This document shows positions 63,711-64,000 of a stretch of 64,000 bases of DNA, in pieces. The notes under the pieces were generated by a model. It saw only the letters and a list, made by a program, of their open reading frames with translations. It did not search any database and was not told the origin of the DNA. This stretch comes from Octopus vulgaris (lineage: Eukaryota): NCBI GenBank assembly GCA_951406725.2, contig OX597822.1, forward strand, positions 79,174,001 through 79,238,000. Direction: 5' to 3'. Made by a program: the position numbers and the translations under genes. The stretch's first letter is position 1, and each line of letters opens with the position of its first letter.

Positions 63711-64000
63711 TCTTAATTTTACATAATTCATTACACCTAGAACAGAAATTACAGGCACATGGCATGACATTATCCTTTTTATCCTTCTATATCTGAGCTG
63801 GTAGAGTGTGATTTGAGTAAAATTTGGCTACTGTTTGTAGCAGGTCAATCATCCACAAAGAGGCTCCCTTGTCAGCTCTTGCAAATGATTAGGAGGTAGT
63901 TAAGAAGAGGTAACTGTCTTATGTAGGTTTAATTACATGAAAAGGTTGCTGTTATGAAGCATGTTTTAACCAACATCTTGTCACTACATCACACAAAACT

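Overview
AT-rich, microsatellite-dense eukaryotic DNA. I could not recognise any intact protein-coding gene, rRNA, true tRNA or CRISPR array; almost all ORF-track entries are microsatellite or low-complexity artefacts. The repeat content (tRNA-derived CORE-like SINEs with internal microsatellites, RTE/CR1/Tx1 relics, long (TA)n/(CA)n) resembles an octopus (coleoid cephalopod) genome. That assignment is inference from recalled repeat families, not a search result. The window reads as a very long intron or intergenic region with dozens of SINEs (labelled here S1, S2, S3 and family A), decayed LINE fragments, one full-length dead mariner (49910-51164), several MITEs and Helentron-type elements. 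Signals that stand out: (1) a textbook recursive-splicing (ratchet-point) motif on the minus strand at 40994/40993, followed by a short RS-exon; (2) an intact-core type I hammerhead ribozyme with an unusually long stem II at 37701-37820, plus three degenerate hammerheads; (3) a perfect 65-bp-arm fold-back around a (TA)n tract; (4) SINE 3' tails that match LINE relics in the same window, including tail swapping; (5) a few candidate exons and an RFX X-box cluster. Repeat boundaries were read by eye and are approximate unless TIRs or TSDs are quoted.
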